Below are positions 1 to 11,692 of a stretch of 64,000 nucleotides of DNA, piece by piece (position 1 is the stretch's first letter; every line of letters starts with the position of its first letter). The notes below the pieces were generated by a model. That model was given only the letters and a program-made list of their open reading frames with translations, was not told where the DNA came from and ran no database searches. Origin of the DNA: Phoronis australis. Lineage: Eukaryota; Animalia; Phoronida. The stretch spans positions 1,043,933-1,107,932 of the forward strand of contig NMRA01000015.1 of NCBI GenBank assembly GCA_002633005.1. The letters run 5' to 3'. A program made the translations under genes and the position numbers.

Positions 1-352
1 AAATAATTCTTTTAATTATTTACAATATTGACAATCCTTTTTTTTGGAAAATTTACCACTTGTTGACAAAGTGGTACATAGTTTTGTAACTTGAACATTG
101 TAAGGTATACAATTATGGCTAGTGTGATCTCATTGTTCAAGCTGCCTCAGATGTGTTATATTGTCTGTTACATGCATATAAGTGATGTTTAAAGGTAAAA
201 ATGGTTATTAGCCCATTCTGAACTTGAAGGTGTTCAGTATTCAAATTTGCGATGTCCACACGATCAACATTACTTGTTACTTGCATTTGGACATTAGCCT
301 CGTGTTCCCCATTACATTCTCCCATTGGCTTATGACCTATTTCTCTTCGCAG

Positions 353-1304
353 ACTGGATGAATACTCTGCAGCATTCAGTTCACGACCACGAGTTCCTCG
401 CACACCAGACACAAGCAATCGTCCAATCAGTCGCGGTGCTCCCCAGCCGACATTCTCCGAGTCTTTACCCAAAAGTCGACCGGGGTCCTCATCGAGTCGT
501 ATGGCAGGTAAGTGTAATTTCCAACTAAGTATGCTTCAAGTTCACGTCATGATTTTTGTGCGCACATGTACATACCTCTGTGCACATTGTCCTCGTCTTT
601 TCGTGGTAATTATCTTTTAATGTTTGCTTCATTGTTTTACGAAACCTCTCGGATGTTCATGATCCATTCATATGTAGGAGAGAGCAGAGCAGCTGCTTTG
701 AGAGAGATTTGCCCTACTGGCAATATTAAGCACTAGTTGGCTCTGGTCTGTACACTGGTTCATTTTGAGACCTGCACTCACTGACTCATTCTGAGACCTG
801 CACTCACTGACTCATTTTGAGACCTGCACTCACTGACTCATTTTGAGACCTGCACTCACTAACTCATTTTGACTAAAAAAACCCCAGCCTCATAAATTTG
901 AGCTAAGGTCTTGCTTTTTTGAAAAGCTACACTTGGTCACATGAGCAAAGTTTGATTTGCCAAGCTATGTGTAAAAATCCTGCATCTTATTTTTTTATCT
1001 TCGCAGGATTTTCTTTTTTTGAAAAGTGAGAAATTAAAAATTACATCACCACCAACTCAGTTTTCAAAAAAAACACGGACTACAATCAACATGCTTTTTT
1101 GCCTCATCATTAAACTTTTATGGTTTCATGGCTACTTAATGATTAGCTGAACATGAGGCAAAGTTTTTTCAGTGAGTTTCCAGGAAAGCTGTTCCATTTA
1201 TGTTGTGCCTAATCTCCCGTGACACGATTGTTTCAGGAAGTAAAAGTGGCCAGGGAATGAAGTCGACCACTCCACGCCAGGCTGCTGGGAAGACATCTAG
1301 ATGA
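353..1304 (+). CDS. Last two coding exons of an unidentified gene entering from upstream (low-complexity Ser/Arg/Pro C-terminus; possibly ARMC9-like)
   Basis: Exon 353-507 has acceptor ctcttcgcag and donor gtaagt and reads LDEYSAAFSSRPRVPRTPDTSNRPISRGAPQPTFSESLPKSRPGSSSSRMA. It joins in phase 1 to exon 1237-1304 (acceptor tgtttcag), GSKSGQGMKSTTPRQAAGKTSR-stop. The ARMC9 resemblance is recollection only. Confidence 0.65.
761..872. repeat. 26-bp minisatellite, ~4 copies
   Basis: Unit cattttgagacctgcactcactgact repeated in tandem, intronic. Confidence 0.9.
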
Positions 1305-3189
1305 AGCATTCAAGCGCCACCTGTTGGAAACACATTACCAAGCACAACACAAAGCTTATAAGCTGCCTGTCATACAGTTCAACCGTCCACACAACAGTTT
1401 ATGAAGCATCTGCCACTGGCAAATATAGGATGTCGCAAGAGGTGGCCCAACCACAATTACCGAAGGAAAATGGTCGTGTAACCCTTGAAAACAGAGTGCT
1501 GCTGGCTTTTTGTTGGCATCTGTAGTGGCCTCCTTTATCCACTTATGCTGTGTGATGCCATTATATAACTTATCTATGTGTAATGCCCATGCAGCATGTG
1601 GTAGCCGTTGGAATATTCAAAGTTATCCAAGAGTGAAAAGAATTATCTGAAACGGGAATGTTCTCACCTTTCAGTTGTTGAAGAAATTCAGGTTCAGAGC
1701 TAATGATGAACACTATGCTTTTGAAAATATATTGATATTTTGACACTTGCTTGAAGATTAATAGATAATCAATAATTATACTTGTGTGGGTCGAGATTAT
1801 CAAGTCTTAAAAGTAAAGTACTTGTTGAATGACAAGTATGTTCCCTAATGTTGAAAACTTCTGTGAGATTTGTGTATCCGTAAACATATAAAACGTACCA
1901 CTAAGAGTTCAAATCAGTTTTTAAGTTTTATTACATCAGATTTTAATCTTGTTATAGACTGTGATAATTAAAGTACTTAAGATTAAAAATTTCTTTATCT
2001 GATAGAAACTTGTGAAATTTTGCACAGTGAAATATGTTGATGTCAAATCTTTCTTTGGTTCCTGTAAAACTCATAGAATCACTCCATCCCGTCTTGACCT
2101 TTTGGGGGTCAGCGTCGTGCATTCCAGGAAATATTCAACCGTAGAGTTTTTGCCAAGAAGAGATTAGTGTTCCTTGGTCTTGTATTGTTGAAGCAAAACT
2201 GCAGGCATCATTTTTCTTTTATTTGTTAGTAGTTTTTTTAGCATCGCTTGGTACTTTTTTTGTTAAATTTAAATTTTAACTTAAAATTTGTTGGTTGAAG
2301 ATATACCAATTTAGTACATTGTGTTCATTTTATTTTATACTTGAAAAATCACGGCTGTCATGAGCAAGGGAGCAATGGCCTCAACCAATTTGTAGTAAAG
2401 TTTTGTCATTGGAATGTTTGTTCTAGCAAATAGAATTTATATGACGAAAATTGCTTTTGGTTGACAAATGGGTAACAGTTTTGCCAGCAACCTACGATAT
2501 GTAATTTCCCTCCAGAGTCCTGAGAATTGTTTTCTTGAGGTTTCCAAATCATACTCTGTCAGTCTGTAAAGTACAAACTTTATGTTGTCTCTCTAATTAC
2601 ATGTTAGTCTAGTCCTCACTTATTAGTGATCTTGTGTCATTTACTATTAATTGATGAAATTGGTGATCTCTGTTAATTTTCAACGGTCCACTCTCTGTAA
2701 GTGCCTTTTGTGAGTTCATAAATGATATTTATTTTCTTTTTATCTTTCTATGCCAGTGGGTACACGGGTCATATGAAGCCCACACGAAAGTATGTAAAAT
2801 TCTACTTTTGTTAATGAAAGTGCTTAGATCAACATACACTACTATAACATTATCATGGTAAGAAGTCAATTAGCTATTTCTTGATTAAAATAACAAATTA
2901 AAATTAGTTATTTCAATCAAGAAATAGTTTTGAAAAATAATAAAAAATTGCGATGTCTAACTCTAGAATCCATCTTTACCAGTCGTGCCAGTAGACAATG
3001 TATTTTAAATCATACTTCTAGTAAATACTCGTGGAATTTACTGACAGACAATGGCTTCACTGAAATAAGTGACTTTGTCTTATAAATTTCAAATTTGCTT
3101 GGCATTCGCCGGGACTCGTGTGAAAGATAACACATTCCAATTTCAGACATTCCATCGTCTCTGCTAGAACTTATACTCTGACCTGAGAC

Positions 3190-5480
3190 TCAACCATTGT
3201 AAAGATCCCAGAAAGTAATCTGACCATCTTTAGATGCAGCTGCCATTGTGCCACAATTTGAAAACGCTACGCACTGTATACTGTCCCGATGAAAAGTTAA
3301 CACAGCCAGGGGAGATAATTTCTTAAAACTGAATATTCTAACTCTGTGATCCCATCCCGCTGTGGCGAATATCTTGTTGTCTTGTCTAATTTTAATGGCA
3401 TTTAGTCCCGGATTGGTTATCTCTATTTTATTGCATAACTGAACACTATCATCGGTAACTGTCCAGCACACGACACTGTTATCTGCAGATCCAGAGAATC
3501 CTTTACAAGTTTGAGGGCTGTAATCCAGACACATTATTGGTTCCGTATGTAGTTTTATATCACAGAGTTGCCTGCACATTTTAGCATCCCACAGCACAAC
3601 TGATCCACTCTCATGGCCGGTCAAAATCCTGTTTTTATTACAAAACAACATGGTCATCGTCATTCCTTGATTACGCGCAACTTTCAACGTCCTTTTGTCT
3701 TGGTCGCTGAATTTTTCTTGATCGATGTCAATGATTTCAATATCTGACTGTGAGGTGGCGCTTGGAACAGCGAGCAGAAAGCAGGTTCCATTAACGGTGT
3801 ACAGAGCACATTGACAAAAACCAATGTCTGAGCATGAGTAACTACCTGCAAATTAAAAGTCCTCGCTGATTTAAACAGGCAAAGTTCATGACATCATACT
3901 GTTACTCTTCAACAAGGAATTTCATTTTGTAAAATTTCGCAAAAAAACCAAAAAAATGTATTTTATATCTGACAACTTTTATGAAGTATAGTCGTCATAA
4001 ACCAGCACTTCATGAAACTCTCTCAATATTTATAACACTGCAGTCAGTCTTCAAAAAATCTTAAAATGACCATTTTGGAGATTACTTTTTGTGAGAAACA
4101 ACTGAAAAATAACTGTAGGATGAGTTGGCAAAGCAAACTTAGAGAGAGTGAGAATCACACTGAATAAAAACCAGGCAAACCATCCTCATATTTGTGTTTC
4201 ACAAACACCCAAGGAAGGTACTGGCCAATATTTCACTGCTGTTCTGCAACTGCCACCAGAAGGCGCTACACTCTTGGGTTCCAGCTAAATGTTGATGTGG
4301 TTTTTAAGCTCAACCTAGTAAAACGTAAATGATGTAGAATTTAAATCAAATGTAAAGAAGTACTGATGGAGCTGCCAAAAACACCCTTGTGCAATTTTTT
4401 GATCTTTTATCAACTTGGAATAATATCAAATCAAATGAGTAATGAATGTTCAAAATTTTTCCATAAGCATTAGGCTCAACCAAAAAACAAAATTCACCCA
4501 GGTTTCTGAGATACATACCAAGAGTTGTTAGCTTACATCCATCTAAACTCCACAGTGTCACATGTCCATCTCTACCTTGACTCAGGACATGACTGTCACC
4601 AACCATTCCTAACCACAAAACAGACTTGACATGAGCCGAGACCTCTTCCACAGCTCTTTTAGACTTCACCTGCCATACTTAAAAAGACAACAGAACTTCA
4701 TGATACAATGAGAGAGGGAGGGGGAGAGGGAGAGAGAAAGATAGACCAAGAAAACACCTTTCCCTAACAAGTGTTCTTAAACAGACATTATCGGTTTCAT
4801 GGTAAAAAAAATGCATTTTTAGAATTATTGTTCAATGACATAGGCTTTCCGAAATTATTAGCTTTGAGCAGAGCTATAAAACAACAAAATATGACGGTTT
4901 TTGAGGTTTTATTTATAGTTGCCAATTTTTGCCGTTGTCTGTCACACATTCCCTGAAATCAAGGTTATGATGTTTATCAATTGGGATTTAGCCTGCCAGC
5001 AGAGCGTTAGAGCAGTGACCACAAGGTTCGCAGGTTCAGATTACGTAATAAGGCTGACCTCCGAAAAATGTTTTGCCAATAACATCTATGTAACAAAAGA
5101 ATTGGTGCATGACGAAGAAAGAGACAGTGGCAGCTCCTGACAAAACAATCGTCCAAGAATGAGATGATTAGACAGGTGGGCAAAAATATATTATTAATCT
5201 AGAATTTAGTTTTTCTGTTGTTTAGCTTTGTTTAGAGGCTACATTGTTTAGCTGTTCAGGTTAAATTCTCTCAATTAGCATATTTTGGATGCGCACAACT
5301 GTAGGTTATACAGAGAGTCTAGAATAAAGCATTACTGTACTCCATTCTAGTACCTTTTATCACACCCTCTGAACTTCCAGTCAACATCAACAAGCCAGTA
5401 GAACTTGAACAGTGAAATATGCATGCCGTCACATTGCTGTCCCGTAGAACATACTTTGGCTCAGGTTCAGAGCGACTCAT
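3190..5480 (-). CDS. GNB1L: Guanine nucleotide-binding protein beta-like WD40-repeat protein
   Basis: Exons 5480-5354 (MSRSEPEPKYVLRD...LLMLTGSSEGVIK), 4677-4519 (VWQVKSKRAV...VLSQGRDGHVTLW) and 3845-3190 (...GFCQC...LTGHESGSVVLWD...IRQDNKIFATAGWDHRVRIFS...SKDGQITFWDLYNG-stop). GT-AG junctions, both phase 1. The P-x-P-x-Y/F-V-L-R start, SQGRD and ATAGWD-x-R-x-R-x-F motifs match GNB1L. Confidence 0.9.
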
Positions 5481-6120
5481 CGTCTGAAAATAGATATTCA
5501 GATAAGTTTAAGAATCACTTGCACACAACTCCATGGAATTAACCCCAGAAAATCCCTTCAGTCCTACACATCTTGGCCCAGTGGAGTAAAGTGTCCGCAA
5601 TGAAGTCACAACAATAATTCCTGGGTGTAAGAAGATGATGGTCTGTACAGAGAATTAAGTAGGGATAGCAAACCCATTAGCTTAAAATTTAATCTTACAA
5701 CCAGATTTTTAAGTCGTGTGTAGAAAGACCAACAACCATGGCCATAAGCGAAGTGATCCAGGTTTGCTGGGTAAACAGTGAATTCCCAAACCAAACAAGT
5801 GATTCTGAATAGCAAAACATTTGCGAGCAAAAATGTCAAGAGTGTTGACTGGAGAATGAGGGTGTCATGGGCAGTTATTTGAAACTTGGGTGTTATTCAG
5901 AAGTGACAATGCTATTTCTCCCAGATTTCGCCTGATTTTGAAGCCGACAGTACAAATAAAAAAGTCCCCTGCAATTCAAATACAATTTTGGTAAATCTTT
6001 TGGTACCCTGCTAATATTCACAAAATATGTACTGCAGTCGCCGCTTAAGTTAAAAAATCCTAAATAAAGGCTTAATAAGTGACCAAATCATGGTCACCTA
6101 CATTTCTAATAGTTGCTCAC

Positions 6121-6220
6121 ACCCCAGCAAGGTGCCTCTTCCCCTTCTTCGTCTTACTACAGCAAACTTCAACAAGTTGAAGGCATTGGTGGACGTCACT
6201 CCGGAGACAATATTGTTTAC
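6121..6220 (-). promoter_or_regulatory. Probable GNB1L 5' UTR exon and promoter
   Basis: Minus-strand donor gtgagc at 6120-6115 and an acceptor (ttttcag) just before the ATG exon at ~5484. CRE-like gacgtca and ETS-like ccgga sites lie near 6192-6205. Confidence 0.4.
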
Positions 6221-7229
6221 AAATTAAAATTAAAGCAAATGTATATGCAGTTGAGAAGGTGCATAGTGCAGATTAAAAACAAACATGTTCTGGGAACAGT
6301 TTGAGTCGCTAATCCTATGATGGAATTAAAGCAGCAAAAAGGGTCAGCACTCACAGTGTCCTTCATGTACAACAGAGGGAGCACTCACAGTGTCCTTCAT
6401 GTAACAATCACGACTTAAAAGTTGAATCATTCTAGATGAGTCAGGCAACTGCTGTCTTTATATGTAGACATGGGGTGTAGTTGACAAGCAGCACAGGGAT
6501 AAGTCACCTGTGGATGCACACTTAATGCAGTAGGCAATACATGTCAACCAATATGGGAATTATGTATTTGCTACGTATTTTTTACCGTTTCTACGTGCCA
6601 TGGCTTATAGCACGAAAATGAATTAATACGCATTTCTGCCGATGTTCATAATAAAGTTTTCAAACTTTCACTTTTACTGGCAATCTCTTTTATTGACATA
6701 ATCTCATATCTCGAGTTACCAAACAGTATAACATTTAACAACACAACACTCAAAAAGGCGGCCCCTTCAGTGCCTCAGCTCCAATAATAGCATAGGTAAC
6801 TTAGGTACATGCAATGCATTTTAACACTTGACCATCTTTTGAGTCGTTGTCGTCAGAGCTATGGGTTTCTATGTTCTTTTACAAAAATAATATGGTTAGA
6901 GCAAAAACTGGTTGACAGGTATGCTCACCGCCCATACATACCGGCGATTTACCTTTTGAGTATAGTATCAGCTCAGTCAATGACAACAGACAATGCCCAT
7001 TCATAACTCACAGACAGTGTCATTGACAGACTGGCACTGTCTGAACCATTGGGTGCAACAGCAATCTGATTCCATACACAAGTTCTACAGTATGTTAGAA
7101 ATGAGCCGAGGAAATTAAACTCAGTTCCCCGGTACGCACCGGCACCCGCACCGCATCGGGAGAGCGTCTAGTGAAGGATCTTCGTGCTTGCTACTCTCAA
7201 TCATCTGTCTCCCCCTAGTGGCTGGAGAC

Positions 7230-9370
7230 GACGTCTTTCTCAGCGTGCGTGCGCATCTCTGAATCTCCACTAAGGCGGTAAGTTCGTTTGAGAAATTCCT
7301 CCAACATACACTTCAGTTTTAGTGGTTCCATTTTAAATTGTTAAACTTCCCGTGATTTAAGCCATTCAGTTTTAGTATGGAATCTTAATTCTAGCGTCCA
7401 GAACTTGTACGTGTGGCTCGTTCTGTAAATATTGAACTTTGATTTTTTCATCCAGTCGCAATCCCGTACAGTGACGTCATCAAATCGAGCCTGACACCTA
7501 CCGGCGATTTGAAATTGATATCATAGAACATAGTCTAACATGTATGCTAATCATGTGGATGCAGAAATTATGGTTCTAGGTTAAAAATTGATGACGTTAT
7601 GATGTTAAACTGCTATATATTCTAGTTGTGGCAGTGACACTGCTATATATTCTACTTGTGGCAGTGCTGACAAAGTACATTCAGTGCCAGTTATGATCAC
7701 TAATAAAACCTTTGGACTTTGGAGCTAATGAGTGACTGGTAGTAGTTGACAAATCCAAAGGATTCTATGCTGGTAGAAATTTTCTTTTTTCTGATGCTGT
7801 CCATATTTCATAAAATTAAAAGTAAATGAATTAGGCATTTTACGGTCATAAAATCCTCAAAATATTAATTACGGTAATTGGATTCTCCGTTTCCATCATC
7901 AACAAGAACACCAAAACCACCACCGACTCAAAATGCTTCTGATTTTGATGACACTTGTGACCGGAACTGTTTCCTATTTTAGCCACTATGTGTCGTCACA
8001 AGACCAAAATAATTTAAAGTTGTACTTGACCCCATTTAAGCTGGCTAGATACTGATTTGTCTTGCTTCTCATCAATTGGATCTCATAATGCAAGTCACGT
8101 GCGATTACGTACATGTGCCATTTGATTTTTTGAATTCACAATTCCAGGATCAGTCAACTCCAATAAATTCTGAAGCGTTTTCGTAAGTCATTGGAAATGG
8201 AATTTTCTGTGGAATAAAAGTTGTAAAAGTCCCAATTCAATTTTTTGTTTTTAGCCTTCTAAACTGGGCGAAATACACCTTTAAGTTTTATACATTTTGT
8301 TCTTGGCAATACTATAACATAAAATTAAGATTGAGTTCAGTTTTTTGACAAGAGAATTGATAAATGGTAATCAACCCTACATTTGAATGGACTGTTTTCA
8401 TATTCAGTTCTGGAAACAAAATGGAAATTTCATACATGTATTATGGTACATTGATTTTTGACAGAAATAGACTCTTTGGTAGCTGAGTGTTGGAGTTCGT
8501 TTTAAATCAAGATACATTTTTTAGCGCAATTTGTCGGCCTGTCGAGGATTTGGAATACTCCATTAAAATCTTGGGACCTTATTGGATTCGACTAAACTGA
8601 GTTCTGTTGTATTTACCATGTAGTCTTTGTCATCCATGGCATGGTCTTATTTTTTATTAATTCTGTTTCGTTTTCAGGTTGTCATTGTGGAGTATGAAGA
8701 TGCTAGCCAAATCTGAGTGCTTGGGTTCATCGTTGACCTTTGAGTACTGTGATGAGAGTCTGGTTCCGTGAAGCGTAATCTTAATAGTGTGATGGCAATG
8801 ATGAGACCGTCTCATCACAAGTGTGATGAGATGCTTTTATAGGAGCAACTTAGATGTTGCCATATGAAAGATATTCTGAGCCAAGCCTAAAGGCATGATA
8901 AGAGACTGCCACAATTATGTCATCACCGGACAGAGTTTGGAAAGATAATGGTTGTTGACACTAGAGGGGGTGGTTCCATAAAACAAAAACAATATAATTA
9001 TGAATTAAAAAACTAAGAGCGTTTTTGACAATTCATCTTGAACATTTACATCAAATGAAATTTTATTGTATTATTGCAGCTGATGTTTTATTATGAAAGT
9101 GCCTTTCTTGTTTACTAAAGTTTACTGAAAAGACATGGTCATGTGACCCAATTAATGGGAGATTGCTACAAAGTTAAAAATCTAATTCTGCTTGCTTTCT
9201 ACTTTCAAAAATATATACTTTTACCAAGTTAAATTCTATGGTTTTGTTGATATTTGGCTGAATATACACAGACTTGTCGATAAGGTCATACGTAACCTTA
9301 AATACTCAGTACAGAGGTTTTCTATCAAGTTTAAAGTCTTTGTAAGTTATAATGTGAATGAAGTAAATAA
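7230..9370 (+). ncRNA. Candidate two-exon non-coding transcript divergent from GNB1L
   Basis: CpG-rich promoter-like patch at 7100-7277 with an NRF1-like gcgtgcgcat and a CTCF-like ccccctagtgg. Strong donor gcg|gtaagt at 7278, strong acceptor tttcgttttcag at 8677, AATAAA near 9365. No ORF longer than about 25 aa was seen in the first part of exon 2. Confidence 0.35.
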
Positions 9371-9438
9371 AATATTCATGAATTTCTTTCTTGCAAAATC
9401 AATCGCACCACAAAAAATTAAAAATAGAAACTCAAATA

Positions 9439-10441
9439 CAGGGTGGTACAAAAAGTGCCCCGTTTTAGTTTTCATCTTTAATTCATAATTGTCAGGTGTT
9501 GCAGACCAGACGTGACAGACCGGACGTCAGAATCCAATTGGACAATAAACTTGGCAGCAGTGGATAAACAAAATTGGAATACTACTTTCCCACAAAACCA
9601 GTGCCGACAAAAAAACTGATGCAGATGAGATTTTGACAGGAACAGTTTACCTGACAGGTCAATTGAATGTTTGTGGCTAAATTTCAGGAGACTGGAAATA
9701 AGAATATACTAAGGTCAGTCGTCGACCTCTTGGATATTGTTGTCATGTACCCTTTCCTTTTCAAACCCAAGAAGCCAGGGTCGTTTTCAGTCCCGTGATT
9801 GATGTGACAGAATACTACTCGCTGTGCTATAGTAAAATTTGTATTGTGTAAGGAAACGGCTGACCTCAACATTCTGTGACGGGCAACTAGTTCAGTGATT
9901 TTCTCAGAAAATTTCTCAAGCCGTTCTAGCAAGGTTGGAAATTCTGGCTGAAAGAGGTCTATGCTGTGACCTCAACTTTTCCTGCCAAAATATAGCCTCT
10001 GTCCAGGGCTTGGAATTTTCCTCTCAAGGATTTCCTCTTTTTGGTTTTGATTTTCAATTTCCTCTTTTTTGATTATTGTGACTTTATTAATAAAAAAATG
10101 TTCATTTCAGTTGAATTTTATAACACAAGAAATATTGCTATCACATGAGCCTATTTGAGGAACATACATCACCTGTAATATTTCATCTTTTTTGTCATTG
10201 GTCATTCCAAGCCCTGCTCTGTTCTCTTTGTGTGAGAAGTGCGATTTTGTTAAGAAATAGAACTCGATAAAATTTAACCACTGCTCATTGTACACTCCAG
10301 TTTGATGCAAACTGATGTCAAAAGAATCGTCCAGGCCTGCGGTCTCTAACACCTAAACTTATGGAAAATATTGGGTAAGGTCATTTATTCATAGGCAAAT
10401 TGAAGACTAAGTATAAATAGGGTGCTTTTTGTACCACCCTG
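9439..10441. mobile_element. Decayed Tc1/mariner-type DNA transposon (~1 kb)
   Basis: TIRs cagggtggtacaaaaag ... ctttttgtaccaccctg, with TA on the left flank. An internal minus-strand fragment FTIAQRVVF resembles a mariner transposase N-terminus. Confidence 0.75.
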
Positions 10442-11339
10442 AACATCTTGACATTACTCGGAATGTATTACATCACTGGCTTCAAAAGCACATCAATATA
10501 ATTATTACTTCAATTAAAAGTACTAATTAACACAACTGGAAAAAGCACATTACAAAAACAAGATAGTAAAACACTCATTTTTAATGCATCAGCAGTCGAA
10601 CTGCAATATAATGAACTATCTGGGGCATTTCAGAAGTTTTTGGAACCAAAGTTTGCTGTATCCATATGGACATGTATAGTGCAGGCTTGGGGTGTGAAAT
10701 GGAATATTACAAGAAACGAACAAACATGAACTAGGTTTAACTGTCCTCATAAGCATGGCACAGACAAAGGCCAACATACACGGCTGATTCAAATGCCTTT
10801 AAATCAACCACATAGCTCTACACCGGTTACTACTAAAGGAGAGGTAGTTAGTGAAATGGGCCAGTTGGGTATGCTCATTTAATTGCCCTACCTTCACAAC
10901 TGACATGAGTTATATGGACACCGTAGTCAGCTGGCCGACCACATAGCACATCATCTAAGCAATGCTTAATAAATCAGTAGTAATCTAATACCACTTAATC
11001 ATGCAACGCAGAACTGGACACCTTTCTGTTAAAAAGCTTTGTAAAAGTGATGAGATCCTCTACTAAGTCCATATAATGGGAATGCAATGTCACTGAGCTA
11101 ATATCCATCACAAAAACTACAGCTGAACTGTGTTGCAATGAACCTTCCTGGAATTAGCCTAAACTGTTTCTTACAAATGATAAATGAAAGAATTGTTGAA
11201 AACCTGAACTACTTCACACCTGCTGTGATAATTCTGTTACATTTCATTAACTAGTGAAAATTGTTGAGTTTAAGTTGCTTTGTTGTGTGTCAATAACAAT
11301 AGACTGAGCTTCATGCACAATATCACAGACTGTTACACA

Positions 11340-11437
11340 GATTACCATTACACTACTGTTACACGCAGTACCATTACACTATTGTTACACGCAGTACTGT
11401 TACACACAGTACTGTTACGCGGAATACCGTTACACTA
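11340..11437. repeat. Degenerate short tandem repeat (acactactgtt/acacgcagtactgtt-like)
   Basis: Repeated tactgttac/acac units are visible directly. Confidence 0.7.
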
Positions 11438-11692
11438 CCCGCCAAATCTATTCAGACAAAATAACCTGGAATTCCTCATGACAGCTGGGCAAAATTCAAG
11501 CTCATCGTCAAAGTGGCCATCCCTCATGACGGAGAATGAAGGGAATTAAAAAGAAAGCACCTAAGGTGGCTATTAAAGCCATTCTGCCATTAGAATTTTG
11601 TAGCCATGATAAATGACACCAATCACCTTTGCTGTAAACAGAATATTTTGTCCAGTTACTTTTGTCAGTTACTGTAAAATATGCACACCCAG

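Noticed and set aside
7588-7672. Box C/D snoRNA candidate (tgatga...ctga)
   Set aside because: The interior is a 29-bp tandem duplication, with no terminal stem or recognisable guide.
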